NCBI GenBank assembly: GCA_023383035.1
Contig: JAHDYE010000002.1
Location: 1 to 57,643 of the forward strand
Direction: 5' to 3'
Source of the DNA: Burkholderiaceae bacterium
GTDB taxonomy: Bacteria > Pseudomonadota > Gammaproteobacteria > Burkholderiales > Burkholderiaceae_E
Length of the DNA stretch: 57,643 bases
Part shown: positions 9,258 to 18,362 of the stretch, piece after piece
Layout of the letters: each line of letters begins with the position of its first letter
Position numbering within the stretch: the first letter of the stretch is position 1
Notes under the pieces: generated by a model
What the model saw: only the letters and a program-made list of their open reading frames with translations
Database searches by the model: none
What the model was told of the DNA's origin: nothing
Position numbers and translations under genes: made by a program

Positions 9258-10502
9258 ATGCAACGCGAGCGGATGCTTCAGGGCTGCCGGGCGCTCGATC
9301 TCACCGACGAGACCGGTTTCCTGTGCGGCAAGATGCTTGCCGATCTGGGCGTGGACGTCATCAAGGTCGAGAGGCCCGGCGGCGATGCATCGAGGCGCGT
9401 GGGCCCGTTCTGCCATGACGTTCCGGATCGGGACGGAAGTCTCTACTGGTTCGCCTACAACGCGGACAAGCGCGGGATCACGCTGGACATCGAATCTCGC
9501 GACGGTCGCCGGATCTTTCTCGATCTTGTAAAGGTCTCCCACTTCGTCATCGAATCCTTTCCGCCCGGGCACATGACGCGCCTGGGGCTCGACTATCCGG
9601 CGCTGGCCGACGCGAATCCGCGCCTTGTCCTGGCCAGCATCACGCCGTTCGGCCAGACCGGTCCCTTCAGCGGATATGCGGCCACCGATCTCGTGGCGAT
9701 GGGCATGGCCGGGCAGCTGCTGCTTACCGGTGATGCCGACCGTTCGCCGGTGAATATCGGCCTCGCGCAGGCATGCATGCACGCCGGCGCCGATGCCGCC
9801 GTCGGCTGCATGGTTGCCCACCGGCATGCTGTGCGGACCGGCAACGGGCAGCACGTCGACGTTTCGATGCAGCAGAGCGCCGCCTGGTTCCTGGCAACGA
9901 CGATCCCCTGGTGGGAGCTGAACGCAACGGTCATGAGCCGCGTCGGAACGTTTCGCGGCGGCGGCAGCGGCGCCGCGCAGCGGCAGGTATGGCCGAGTCG
10001 CGACGGCTACGTCTTCTTCTTCATGATCGGCGGGCAGCAAGGCGCGAAGACGTGCCGGCAACTCGTCAGGTGGATGGACGACGTAGGCATGCCGGACCCG
10101 TTTCTTGCGACGTTCGAATGGGAGAAGTTCGACATGGCAAGCGCCACGCAGGATGTGGTCGACAGGATCTCCGCGCCCATAGAACGGTTCTTCCGGACGA
10201 GAACACGGCAAGAGATCCTCGAGGCGGCCATCAGCAGGGGAATCTCGATCTGCCCGCTGTTCGGCATGAAAGACCTTCTGAACGATCCGCATCTTGCGCA
10301 GCGGGGATTCTGGTCTCGCCACGAGCACCCCGCGCTCGACGCGACCATTCCCTATCCGTCCCGCTTCGTACGCTCGTCGGAAAACGAAACCGGGACGGCG
10401 CTCCGGGCGCCGCGTGTCGGCGAACACAATGTCGAGGTGTTCAGCGAAATCGGCCTCACGCGACGCCAGTTGATTGCGCTCGAACAAGCCGGCGTGATCT
10501 GA
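9258..10502 (+). CDS. Family III (CaiB/BaiF) CoA-transferase, BbsE-like subunit apparently lacking the catalytic Asp
   Basis: LADLGVDVIKVE, NADKRGITLD, SITPFGQTGP, GQHVDVS; expected Asp site reads GLAQACMHAG. Confidence 0.85.
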   Translation: MQRERMLQGCRALDLTDETGFLCGKMLADLGVDVIKVERPGGDASRRVGPFCHDVPDRDGSLYWFAYNADKRGITLDIESRDGRRIFLDLVKVSHFVIESFPPGHMTRLGLDYPALADANPRLVLASITPFGQTGPFSGYAATDLVAMGMAGQLLLTGDADRSPVNIGLAQACMHAGADAAVGCMVAHRHAVRTGNGQHVDVSMQQSAAWFLATTIPWWELNATVMSRVGTFRGGGSGAAQRQVWPSRDGYVFFFMIGGQQGAKTCRQLVRWMDDVGMPDPFLATFEWEKFDMASATQDVVDRISAPIERFFRTRTRQEILEAAISRGISICPLFGMKDLLNDPHLAQRGFWSRHEHPALDATIPYPSRFVRSSENETGTALRAPRVGEHNVEVFSEIGLTRRQLIALEQAGVI

Positions 10503-10507
10503 CGAGG

Positions 10508-11755
10508 ATGGGCGTCGGCATGAGCGGAAAGGGCGGTGGAGATACGGGCGTGTTCTCCGATCTGACCATCGTGGCCTTCAGTTGGGCGATGGTCGGCCCG
10601 TTGACGCTCAAGTTCTTTGCCGACTTCGGCGCCACCGTCATCCGTGTCGAGACGCAGCGCCGACCGTGCGTGACGCGCACATCGGCGCCGTTCAAGGACG
10701 GGCTTCCCGGTCTGAACCGCAGCGGCTATTTCAACCACTTCAGCGCGAACATGCTGAGCATGTCGGTCGACATGAGTCATCCGCATGGCATCGAACTCGC
10801 GCGGGAGCTGGTCGCGCACGCTGACGTGGTGATGGAGAACTTCACGCCGGGCGTGATGGACAAGTGGGGGCTCGGCTACGATGCCTTGCGGGCGATCAAG
10901 CCCGACATCATCATGGCGCGCCAGAACGGCTTCGGGGTCGAAGGCCCGTACCGGAATCTCGCCGCCTTCGGAATGATCCTCGCGGCGATCGCGGGCATAC
11001 CCAACTTCATCGGCTGGCCCGATCGCGGCCCCCTGCCAGCGGGTGTCAGCGCGTACACGGACTGCATCAGTCCGCGGTTCATGGCGGCCGCCGTGATCGC
11101 GGCGCTCGAGTATCGCGATCGCACCGGCGAGGGGCAGCTGCTCGACCTGGCCCAGTTCGAGACGGCGATCTCGTTCTTCCTGCCCGGTGTTCTCGACTAC
11201 GCGGTCAACGGCAGGGAGCCCGTGCGCGGCGGCAACACCTGCGAGCATGCGGCTCCCCACAACGTGTACCCGTGCAAGGGTGTGGAACGCTGGTGCACCG
11301 TCGCCGCGCTGGACGACCGGCAATGGCGGACGCTGTGCGCGGTGATCGGCAATCCCGAGTGCGCCGACGATCCGCGCTTCGATACGCTGCTGCACCGCAA
11401 GGAAAACGAAGCGGCGCTCGATGCGCTGGTCGCACAGTGGACCAGGACGCTCGACCCCGATGAGGTGATGGAGCGCCTGCAGGCGGCCGGTGTGCCGGCG
11501 GGGGCGGTGCAGGGCGCCGCCGACCTCCTGGCCGATCCGCAGCTCGCCCACCGTCGGCTCTTCTGGCCCCTCGAGCACGGCGAAATGGGCCTGTTCACGC
11601 ATCTGGGCGCGAGTATCGACATGAGCCTTACACCCCCGCGGGCAACGATGCCGAGCCCGTGCCTGGGCGAGCACAACGAGTACGTGCTCACCCGGATCCT
11701 TGGCAAAACGGACGACGAGTTCATCGAACTGCTGGCGTCCGGCGTACTGGAATAG
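10508..11755 (+). CDS. Family III CoA-transferase, BbsF-like catalytic subunit
   Basis: FSWAMVGP, ADFGATVIRVE, ENFTPGVM, AYTD (catalytic Asp). Start 10508 or 10520. Confidence 0.87.
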   Translation: MGVGMSGKGGGDTGVFSDLTIVAFSWAMVGPLTLKFFADFGATVIRVETQRRPCVTRTSAPFKDGLPGLNRSGYFNHFSANMLSMSVDMSHPHGIELARELVAHADVVMENFTPGVMDKWGLGYDALRAIKPDIIMARQNGFGVEGPYRNLAAFGMILAAIAGIPNFIGWPDRGPLPAGVSAYTDCISPRFMAAAVIAALEYRDRTGEGQLLDLAQFETAISFFLPGVLDYAVNGREPVRGGNTCEHAAPHNVYPCKGVERWCTVAALDDRQWRTLCAVIGNPECADDPRFDTLLHRKENEAALDALVAQWTRTLDPDEVMERLQAAGVPAGAVQGAADLLADPQLAHRRLFWPLEHGEMGLFTHLGASIDMSLTPPRATMPSPCLGEHNEYVLTRILGKTDDEFIELLASGVLE

Positions 11756-11819
11756 GCGCGCAGCCGCACGGCGGGCGAGCGCACGCGGGCCCTTGGGTAG
11801 CGCCGATCGGAGCGAAGGA

Positions 11820-12686
11820 ATGGACTACGAACAGATCATCTACGAGAAGCAGGGACAGATTGCGTACATCACGCTGAACCGTCCCGAGAAGTTGAACACG
11901 GTCACGCGCGAGATGTTCACGAGCTGGGGGCTCGCCATCACCGAAGCGGAAAGGGACGACGACGTCAAGGTCATCGTCGTGAAGGGGGCGGGGCGCTGCT
12001 TCAGCGCCGGCGCGCCACTGGACCAGGTCGGCTACGTGTACGGCATGAAGGACCCCAAGCCCGGCGAGAAGGGCGGCAAGGTGCCGATGCGCGTGAAGAT
12101 CGATTTCGATCGAAGTCTGTTCCTGGAGTTCTTCAGGCGAGTCCTGTTGTGCCGGAAGATCACGATCTTCCAGATGCACAAGTACTGCCTCGGCGTGGCG
12201 TTCAGCATCGCGATGCACGCCGATCTGTTGATCGCCGACGAGGAGTGCCAGTTCGGTCACGTCGAGGAGCGGCTCGGTCTCGCGGGTCTCACGCTGATGC
12301 CGATCATGGTGGCACGGTGCGGGCTCACCAAGGCGCTCGACCTGTGCCTGACCGGCAAGAAGATCGATGCGAAGCAGGCCGTCGAGTGGAACCTGATCAA
12401 CCGGGCGGTGCCCGCGCAGGATCTGGATGCGGAGGTCAGGGCACTGGCCGAAGGCCTCGCGCTCTATCCGAAGGACGGAATCGCGATCGCCAAGGTGGGC
12501 CGGGAGTTGCTGTACGAAACCATGGGCCTCACGCGGGGGATGATGGAGCACTACATCATGCATACGTTCCAGACCAACCGCGTCTACGGTCCGGACGAGT
12601 ACAACGCGTTCAAGGAGCGTCGCGACAAGGGGGTCAAGGAGATGGCGCACGGCAAGCATGATCTCTTCAAGGCCCTGGACAAATAG
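11820..12686 (+). CDS. Enoyl-CoA hydratase/isomerase (crotonase) family protein
   Basis: ITLNRPEKLN, GAGRCFSAG, FGHVEERLG; AAGGA upstream of ATG 11820. Confidence 0.85.
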   Translation: MDYEQIIYEKQGQIAYITLNRPEKLNTVTREMFTSWGLAITEAERDDDVKVIVVKGAGRCFSAGAPLDQVGYVYGMKDPKPGEKGGKVPMRVKIDFDRSLFLEFFRRVLLCRKITIFQMHKYCLGVAFSIAMHADLLIADEECQFGHVEERLGLAGLTLMPIMVARCGLTKALDLCLTGKKIDAKQAVEWNLINRAVPAQDLDAEVRALAEGLALYPKDGIAIAKVGRELLYETMGLTRGMMEHYIMHTFQTNRVYGPDEYNAFKERRDKGVKEMAHGKHDLFKALDK

Positions 12687-12709
12687 CGTATGCGCCGTAG
12701 GAGAGCGAG

Positions 12710-14116
12710 GTGACGGACGCGGCAATCCTTTTCGCGCGCAGTTTCGCCGGCGCGCGCTTCGAAGACCTGCCGGTAGACGTGGTCGAAATCACGAAGCAGG
12801 AGATCCTCGACACACTCGGCGTGGCCGTGGCCGGCTTCGGGCAGCCCGGGCCGAGCCAGCTCACGGAGTTGGTGCGCGCATGGAACGGGTGCGCGCAGAG
12901 CAGCCTCATCGGCAGTCGGCTGAAGGCGCCTGCACCCGATGCGGCGCAGGTGAACGCCACGATGGCACACGCACGCGACTACGACGACGTGCACGAGAGC
13001 GCCGTGATGCATCCTGCCGTGGTCACCGTCATCCCGGCGCTGGCGACCGCCGAGCTCGTCGGCAAGGTGAACGGCCGCGGCCCGGTGAGCGGCAGGGATC
13101 TGATCACTTCGGTCGCGCTGGGCGCCGACATGATCTGCCGGCTCGGCCTGGCCACCCGGCCCGGCGTGAGCCCGATCCAGACCGGCTGGCATTTCACCAC
13201 GCTGTACGGCTATCCGACCACCGCGCTCACCACCGGTCGCCTGCTCGGGCTCGACGAAGAACGCTTGATCCACGCCTTCGGTATCGCCTATCACCAGTGC
13301 AGCGGCAACGGGCAATGCGTTGTCGACGGCGCGCTGACGAAGCGGCTCGGTCCGGGCTTCGCGGTGCGTGGCGGCATGATCGCCGCCCTGCTCGCACAGG
13401 CGGATGTGACCGGCGCCAGGAATTCGCTGGAAGGCGAGAACGGCCTGTTCAAGGTCTACCAGCGCGGCGAGTACGACCGCGATGTTCTCACGCGTGACCT
13501 GGGACACGCGTTCGAGGGCTCGAACGTTTCCCTGAAGCCCTACCCCTGCTGCCGGGGCGTGCATGCGTCGATCGACGCGGCGCTGGAGTTGAGGAAGCGA
13601 CATGCGATCGATCCGCACCATATCCGCGAGATCGTCGTCACCACCGGCGCTGCCAACCATCACCTGCTGTGCACGCCTTCCGAGGCGAAGCTCAGGCCAA
13701 GGAATCCGGTCGATGCGCAGTTCAGCATCCCCTGGGGCGTCGCGACCGCGTTGCTCCGTGGTCGGGTCGTCATGGACGACTTCACGACGTCTGCCGTGGC
13801 CGACCGCGAGGCGCTGGCTCTCACGGCGAAGATGAGGACGGAGGTCGACCCGACCCTGAACAGCTCGCGTGGCGTCGAACCCGCGCGCGTGAAACTCGTG
13901 ATGGACGACGGGAAATCATGGGCAGTGCAAGTCGATCTCGCCAGGGGCAGCCCTGGCAAGCGGCTGTCCTTCGACGACTGCGCGCACAAGTTCCACGACT
14001 GCGTCTCGTTTGCCGGCGGCTGGATGACGCAAGCGAACGCCGGACAGGCCGTCGAAATCGTGATGAACCTCGAAAACGTGGAAGACGTTCGGGAACTGAT
14101 CGAATTGTTCGCCTAA
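12710..14116 (+). CDS. MmgE/PrpD family protein
   Basis: ILDTLGVAVAG, AHARDYDDVH...HP, GWHFT, LKPYPCCRGVH, AQFSIP. Confidence 0.9.
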   Translation: MTDAAILFARSFAGARFEDLPVDVVEITKQEILDTLGVAVAGFGQPGPSQLTELVRAWNGCAQSSLIGSRLKAPAPDAAQVNATMAHARDYDDVHESAVMHPAVVTVIPALATAELVGKVNGRGPVSGRDLITSVALGADMICRLGLATRPGVSPIQTGWHFTTLYGYPTTALTTGRLLGLDEERLIHAFGIAYHQCSGNGQCVVDGALTKRLGPGFAVRGGMIAALLAQADVTGARNSLEGENGLFKVYQRGEYDRDVLTRDLGHAFEGSNVSLKPYPCCRGVHASIDAALELRKRHAIDPHHIREIVVTTGAANHHLLCTPSEAKLRPRNPVDAQFSIPWGVATALLRGRVVMDDFTTSAVADREALALTAKMRTEVDPTLNSSRGVEPARVKLVMDDGKSWAVQVDLARGSPGKRLSFDDCAHKFHDCVSFAGGWMTQANAGQAVEIVMNLENVEDVRELIELFA

Positions 14117-14130
14117 TGAAGAGAACGGGA

Positions 14131-14979
14131 ATGGGACACGAAGATTTGAGCGGAAAGGTCGCGCTGGTCACCGGCGCGACCGCCAAGCGGGGAATGGGCC
14201 ACGCGATCGCGATGCGCCTGGCGAGCCAAGGCGCCGACGTCGCGGTGCTCGACAAGATTGCGGTGTCGCGCAGCCTGTTCCCGGGCGACGAAGGCTGGCG
14301 GGGGTTGCCGGAAGAGGTCGAGGCGATCGAGGCGATGGGGCGTCGCGCGATGGCGCTTACGGCCGACATCGGCAAGGTCGACGAGGTCGAGGCGGCAGTG
14401 TCCGCAGTGATCGAGCGCCTGGGACGGATCGACATGCTGGTCAACTGCGCGGCTATTCGCGGCACGCCCAACGTCGACATCGTCGACGGCGATGCCGGCG
14501 AATGGAAGGCGCTGTTCGATATCAATCTCCTCGGTGCGTTCCTCGTGTCGCGGCCGGTCGTGCGCCACATGATCGGGCGCGGACAGGGCGGGAAGATCGT
14601 GCACTTCGCATCGCTCGCCGGACGCTTCGGCGCGAAGGGCAATGCCGCCTACGCCGCGTCCAAGTGGGGCGTGATCGGACTGGTGCAGACGCTGGCGCTC
14701 GAAGTCGCTGCTCACCGGATCAACGTGAATGCCGTCTGCCCGGGCATGATCGTCACCAACCTGCGTGACGATCACATTGCGGCCGGCGCACGCCGGGAGC
14801 AGATCACGCCCGAGGCCTTCAGGGCGAAGGAGTACGAGATGGTGACGAAGAGCATTCCGATCGGTCGCATGGGCACGGTCGACGACATCGCCGATGTCGT
14901 TTCGTTTCTCGTATCCAGTCAGTCCGACTACATGACGGGACAATCGCTCAACGTGTGCGGCGGCATCCGCATGGACTGA
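14131..14979 (+). CDS. Short-chain dehydrogenase/reductase
   Basis: VTGATAKRGMG, AYAASKWG (YxxxK), VNAVCPG, MTGQSLNVCGG. Start 14116 or 14131. Confidence 0.9.
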   Translation: MGHEDLSGKVALVTGATAKRGMGHAIAMRLASQGADVAVLDKIAVSRSLFPGDEGWRGLPEEVEAIEAMGRRAMALTADIGKVDEVEAAVSAVIERLGRIDMLVNCAAIRGTPNVDIVDGDAGEWKALFDINLLGAFLVSRPVVRHMIGRGQGGKIVHFASLAGRFGAKGNAAYAASKWGVIGLVQTLALEVAAHRINVNAVCPGMIVTNLRDDHIAAGARREQITPEAFRAKEYEMVTKSIPIGRMGTVDDIADVVSFLVSSQSDYMTGQSLNVCGGIRMD

Positions 14980-15000
14980 TCGACGCCGACGGAGTCTGAT

Positions 15001-15753
15001 ATGCCGCACCAGGCAATCGAGCTGAGCAGGTCGGGCCACTGCGTCATCGCACGCATGCTCGAACCGGTCGACGCATGCGGCCTGACGCGGCAGGCGGCCG
15101 ACCAGCTCGTCGACCTGCTCGACGAACTCGAGGCGGACGACCGGCTTCGCGTGCTCGTGTTCGCCTACGAGGGTGCCTCCACCAGTGCCGGCGCAGCCGC
15201 GCGGGTCGAGCCGTCCCAGCCCGAATCGGCCGCGGCGGTAGCGAAGCTCGCGAAGTTCGCGCGGCCGGTGATCGCCGCGATAGCCGGCGACGCGTTCGGT
15301 TTCGCGCTCGAAATGGGTCTGGCCTGCGACCTCCGTATCGGCGTCACGGGAGCTCGCTACGGCTTGCCGCAGGTCCGCGACGGCCTGATTCCGTTCGCCG
15401 GCGCGACCCAGCGATTGCCGCGCCTGATTGGATCGGGCAAGGCACTCGAGATGATCCTGACGGGCGAACCGGTCGACGCGTCCGAGGCGCACCGGATCGC
15501 GCTCGTCAACCGTATCGTGCCCGTCGACGAGCTGCTCGAACGGGCGGCGGCCATGGCGAGTGCCATGGCCGCTGCGTCGCCGGTGGCCGTCAACTTCACC
15601 AAGGAAGCGCTGAACAACGGGCAGGATCTGACGCTCGACCAGGGTATGCGCATGGAGCTGGACCTGTACCTGCTTCTGTTCACGACCCGCGATCGCATCG
15701 AAGGCATTTCGGCGTTCAGGCAGAAGCGCAAACCCGATTTCGAGGGGGCCTAG
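15001..15753 (+). CDS. Crotonase-fold protein with degenerate active site
   Basis: RPVIAAIAG, LEMGLACDLRI, GLPQV (Gln at the second Glu site), GATQRLPRLIG; no FxxGxD oxyanion motif. Confidence 0.82.
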   Translation: MPHQAIELSRSGHCVIARMLEPVDACGLTRQAADQLVDLLDELEADDRLRVLVFAYEGASTSAGAAARVEPSQPESAAAVAKLAKFARPVIAAIAGDAFGFALEMGLACDLRIGVTGARYGLPQVRDGLIPFAGATQRLPRLIGSGKALEMILTGEPVDASEAHRIALVNRIVPVDELLERAAAMASAMAAASPVAVNFTKEALNNGQDLTLDQGMRMELDLYLLLFTTRDRIEGISAFRQKRKPDFEGA

Positions 15754-15757
15754 CGCC

Positions 15758-16501
15758 ATGACCTGCTTCGAAACGATCCTCTACGAGCGTGCCGACGCTA
15801 TCGCATGGATCACGCTGAATCGTCCGGCGGTGCTCAACGCGTACAGCGTGCGGATGCGCGACGAGCTTCACGAAATCGTGCAGGCGATCCGCGACGACGA
15901 TGAGGTCCGCGCAGTCGTGGTGAAAGGCGCCGGGGAGAAGGCGTTCTGCGGCGGCGCCGATCTCTCCGAGTTCCTGACCGCGCCTTCGGTGATCGAGGCG
16001 CGGCGTATCCGGGCGCTGCGCGATCTCTGGGGAGCGCTGAGGAGCCTGCAACAACCGCTGATCGCGGCGCTGCACGGCTACGTACTGGGTTCGGGCATGG
16101 AGATCGCGCTGTTCTGCGACCTTCGGATCGCCTCGGAAGACGTGGTCTTCGGTTTGCCGGAAATCGGCTTGGGCATCCTGCCCGGCGCCGGCGGCACGCA
16201 GACGGTGCCCCGGGCGATCGGCCTGTCGCGTTCGCTCGACATGCTGCTCACCAATCGTCGCATGGACGCGACCGAGGCCTTGTCGGCGGGACTGGTCAAT
16301 CGCGTCGTCCCTCGCGACGCGCTGATCGCCGCGGCATTGGGCGTCGCACGGCGCATCGCTTCCTTCGACCCGATGATCGTGTGCGATGCCAAGCGCGCGG
16401 TACGCGAAGGACTCGACTTGTCGCTCGAGCAGGGGTTGAAGCTGGAACAACGCCTTGTCGCGCGCGCGCGCCGGACAACCGGGTCATCCCGGACGAACTG
16501 A
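15758..16501 (+). CDS. Enoyl-CoA hydratase
   Basis: LNRPAVLNA, AFCGGADL, GSGMEIA, FGLPEIGLG (both catalytic Glu present). Confidence 0.88.
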   Translation: MTCFETILYERADAIAWITLNRPAVLNAYSVRMRDELHEIVQAIRDDDEVRAVVVKGAGEKAFCGGADLSEFLTAPSVIEARRIRALRDLWGALRSLQQPLIAALHGYVLGSGMEIALFCDLRIASEDVVFGLPEIGLGILPGAGGTQTVPRAIGLSRSLDMLLTNRRMDATEALSAGLVNRVVPRDALIAAALGVARRIASFDPMIVCDAKRAVREGLDLSLEQGLKLEQRLVARARRTTGSSRTN

Positions 16502-16519
16502 TCGCAAGGATTCACCCGA

Positions 16520-17260
16520 ATGCGCAAGGTTCTCGCATCGCTCGAGGCCGCAGTGGCCGAAATCGAAGATGGCGCGGTGATTGCCATCGGCGGCTTCTTC
16601 GCCGCCGGCGTCCCGAGGCTGCTGCTGCGCGCCCTGATCGACAAGGGCGTCCGCAATCTGACGCTGGCCTGCGGATCCGGCCCTCTGCTCGGCGCCCGGG
16701 AGGAGCTGGACAGGCTGGTCGAGGGCGGGCGGATCGCCAAGGTCATCGATTCCTATGCATTGTTCCGATCGGCCACCAAGGGACTGCGGCACCCGTTCGA
16801 GCAGCAAGTGCGCGCGGGCGTGATCGAGCTGGAGATCCATCCGATGGGCACCCTCGCCGAGAAGTATCGTGCCGCCGGCGCAGGGATCCCGGCGTTCTTC
16901 GTGCCGACCGGCGCCGGTTCGATGGTGGAGGACAGCACTCTGACCAACGTCGCGGCCAATCGGAACGGCAAGGAGCTTCGCAACATCGGCGGCCAGACCT
17001 GCATGCTCGAGTACGCGCTGAAGCCGGATTTCGCGCTGATCCACGCGCATACGGCAGACGCCGAAGGCAACCTTCGCTACCGCAAGACGGCACGCAACTT
17101 CAATCACGTGATGGCGATGGCCGCGCGCACGACGATTGCGGAAGTCGAGAATCTGGTCGAACCGGGCGAACTGGAGCCCGATTCCGTCCATACACCAGGG
17201 ATCTACGTCAGGCACGTCGTCGTGGTTCCGAGGCTCGACTTCGACATCACGAATCTCTGA
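16520..17260 (+). CDS. Family I 3-oxoacid CoA-transferase subunit A
   Basis: IAIGGF, PMGTLAE, AGAGIPAFF, ARNFN, VHTPGIYV. Confidence 0.9.
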   Translation: MRKVLASLEAAVAEIEDGAVIAIGGFFAAGVPRLLLRALIDKGVRNLTLACGSGPLLGAREELDRLVEGGRIAKVIDSYALFRSATKGLRHPFEQQVRAGVIELEIHPMGTLAEKYRAAGAGIPAFFVPTGAGSMVEDSTLTNVAANRNGKELRNIGGQTCMLEYALKPDFALIHAHTADAEGNLRYRKTARNFNHVMAMAARTTIAEVENLVEPGELEPDSVHTPGIYVRHVVVVPRLDFDITNL

Positions 17261-17273
17261 TACGGAGCGCCCG

Positions 17274-17948
17274 GTGAAGAAACACGAAGGTTTGCCGCGC
17301 GAACTCATCGCGCTGCGCGTGAGCAGGGAAATCCCCGAAGGATCGTACGTGAACCTGGGGATCGGAATTCCGACGCTGGTCAGCAACTGGCTGGAAGGCA
17401 GGGACGTCATTCTGCAGTCGGAGATCGGCATGCTGAAGACCGGGAGCCTCGCCGAGGGCAACGAGATCGATGTGGACCTGATCAACGCGAGCTGCCAGCC
17501 AGTGACCGAACTGCCGGGCTCGCTGTACTTCGATATCTGCGATTCGTTCGCGATGATCCGCGGCGGACACATCGACGTCACGGTGATGGGCGCGTTCCAG
17601 GTCAACCAGGCGGGCGACTTCGCGTCCTGGTACAACCCGTCGCGGGGACTCGACGGCGTCGGCAACGTGGGCGGTTCGATGGACCTGGCCGCCGGCGCCA
17701 AGCGGTTGTTCCTGGCGATGGAGCACACGACGACCGACGGCAAACCGAAAATCGTCGCCGAACTGGGATACCCCGCCACCGCGCGGGGCAGGGTCGGCAT
17801 GATCTTCACGGATCTCGCGGTGATCGAAGTGACGCCCGAAGGGCTCGTGCTGAAGGAGGTCATGCCGGGGCTGTCTCCGGCCGACATCCAGTCGGTCACT
17901 GAACCGGCGCTGCGCGTCTCTCCCGATCTTCGGGAGATCGAGTTGTGA
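17274..17948 (+). CDS. Family I 3-oxoacid CoA-transferase subunit B
   Basis: YVNLGIGIPTLV, LQSEIG (catalytic Glu), SFAMIRGGH, GGSMDL; GTG 17274 after GGAG. Confidence 0.9.
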   Translation: MKKHEGLPRELIALRVSREIPEGSYVNLGIGIPTLVSNWLEGRDVILQSEIGMLKTGSLAEGNEIDVDLINASCQPVTELPGSLYFDICDSFAMIRGGHIDVTVMGAFQVNQAGDFASWYNPSRGLDGVGNVGGSMDLAAGAKRLFLAMEHTTTDGKPKIVAELGYPATARGRVGMIFTDLAVIEVTPEGLVLKEVMPGLSPADIQSVTEPALRVSPDLREIEL

Positions 17949-18009
17949 TGCGGACCGGTTGCGATCGATCGATCGATCGAACTGTCCAACTGCCTGCAAG
18001 GAGCGATAC

Positions 18010-18129
18010 ATGGCAAATCTGGTCGGAAAGCGATACGTCTGCGCGAAATGCGCTGCGGAGTTCATCGTGACGCGCGGCGGCGACGGTACCGTCAGCTGCT
18101 GCGGGCAGCCGATGCAGTTGAAGAAGTAA
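18010..18129 (+). CDS. 39-aa desulforedoxin-like metal-binding protein
   Basis: Not in ORF track. AAGGAG RBS, then MANLVGKRYVCAKCAAEFIVTRGGDGTVSCCGQPMQLKK*; CxxC...CCG pattern. Confidence 0.8.
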   Translation: MANLVGKRYVCAKCAAEFIVTRGGDGTVSCCGQPMQLKK

Positions 18130-18159
18130 CGGCGTCCGGCATCTCACGGAGCAAATACG

Positions 18160-18300
18160 ATGAGCCAACTGGGAAAGCGGTACCGCTGCGAAACCTGCGG
18201 TACGGAGGTTCTTTGCACCAAGGCGGGTCCGAACACGCCAGCTTGCTGCGGCAAGGAGATGAAGGTGCAGGAACCCAAGCCTTTGCCGTCGTCCGACTGA
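18160..18300 (+). CDS. 46-aa desulforedoxin-like metal-binding protein with KPLPSSD tail
   Basis: Not in ORF track. GGAG RBS, then MSQLGKRYRCETCGTEVLCTKAGPNTPACCGKEMKVQEPKPLPSSD*; paralog of the preceding ORF. Confidence 0.8.
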   Translation: MSQLGKRYRCETCGTEVLCTKAGPNTPACCGKEMKVQEPKPLPSSD

Positions 18301-18362
18301 CGAGTGGCAGCGCGCGACAGTCACTGATCCCCTATCCGATTCCGACATCGAGGAGCATTACC

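Noticed and set aside
9258-11755. Anaerobic toluene (bss/bbs) cluster
   Set aside because: No glycyl-radical enzyme or activase and no bbs gene order; only the CoA-transferase architecture is similar.
14131-14979. Mycofactocin-coupled SDR (loop insertion after the second beta strand)
   Set aside because: The insertion is suggestive only, and no mycofactocin genes are in the window.
17962-17980. (GATC)4 tandem palindrome upstream of the micro-ORFs
   Set aside because: CGATCG is very frequent throughout this sequence; a short run gives no evidence of function.
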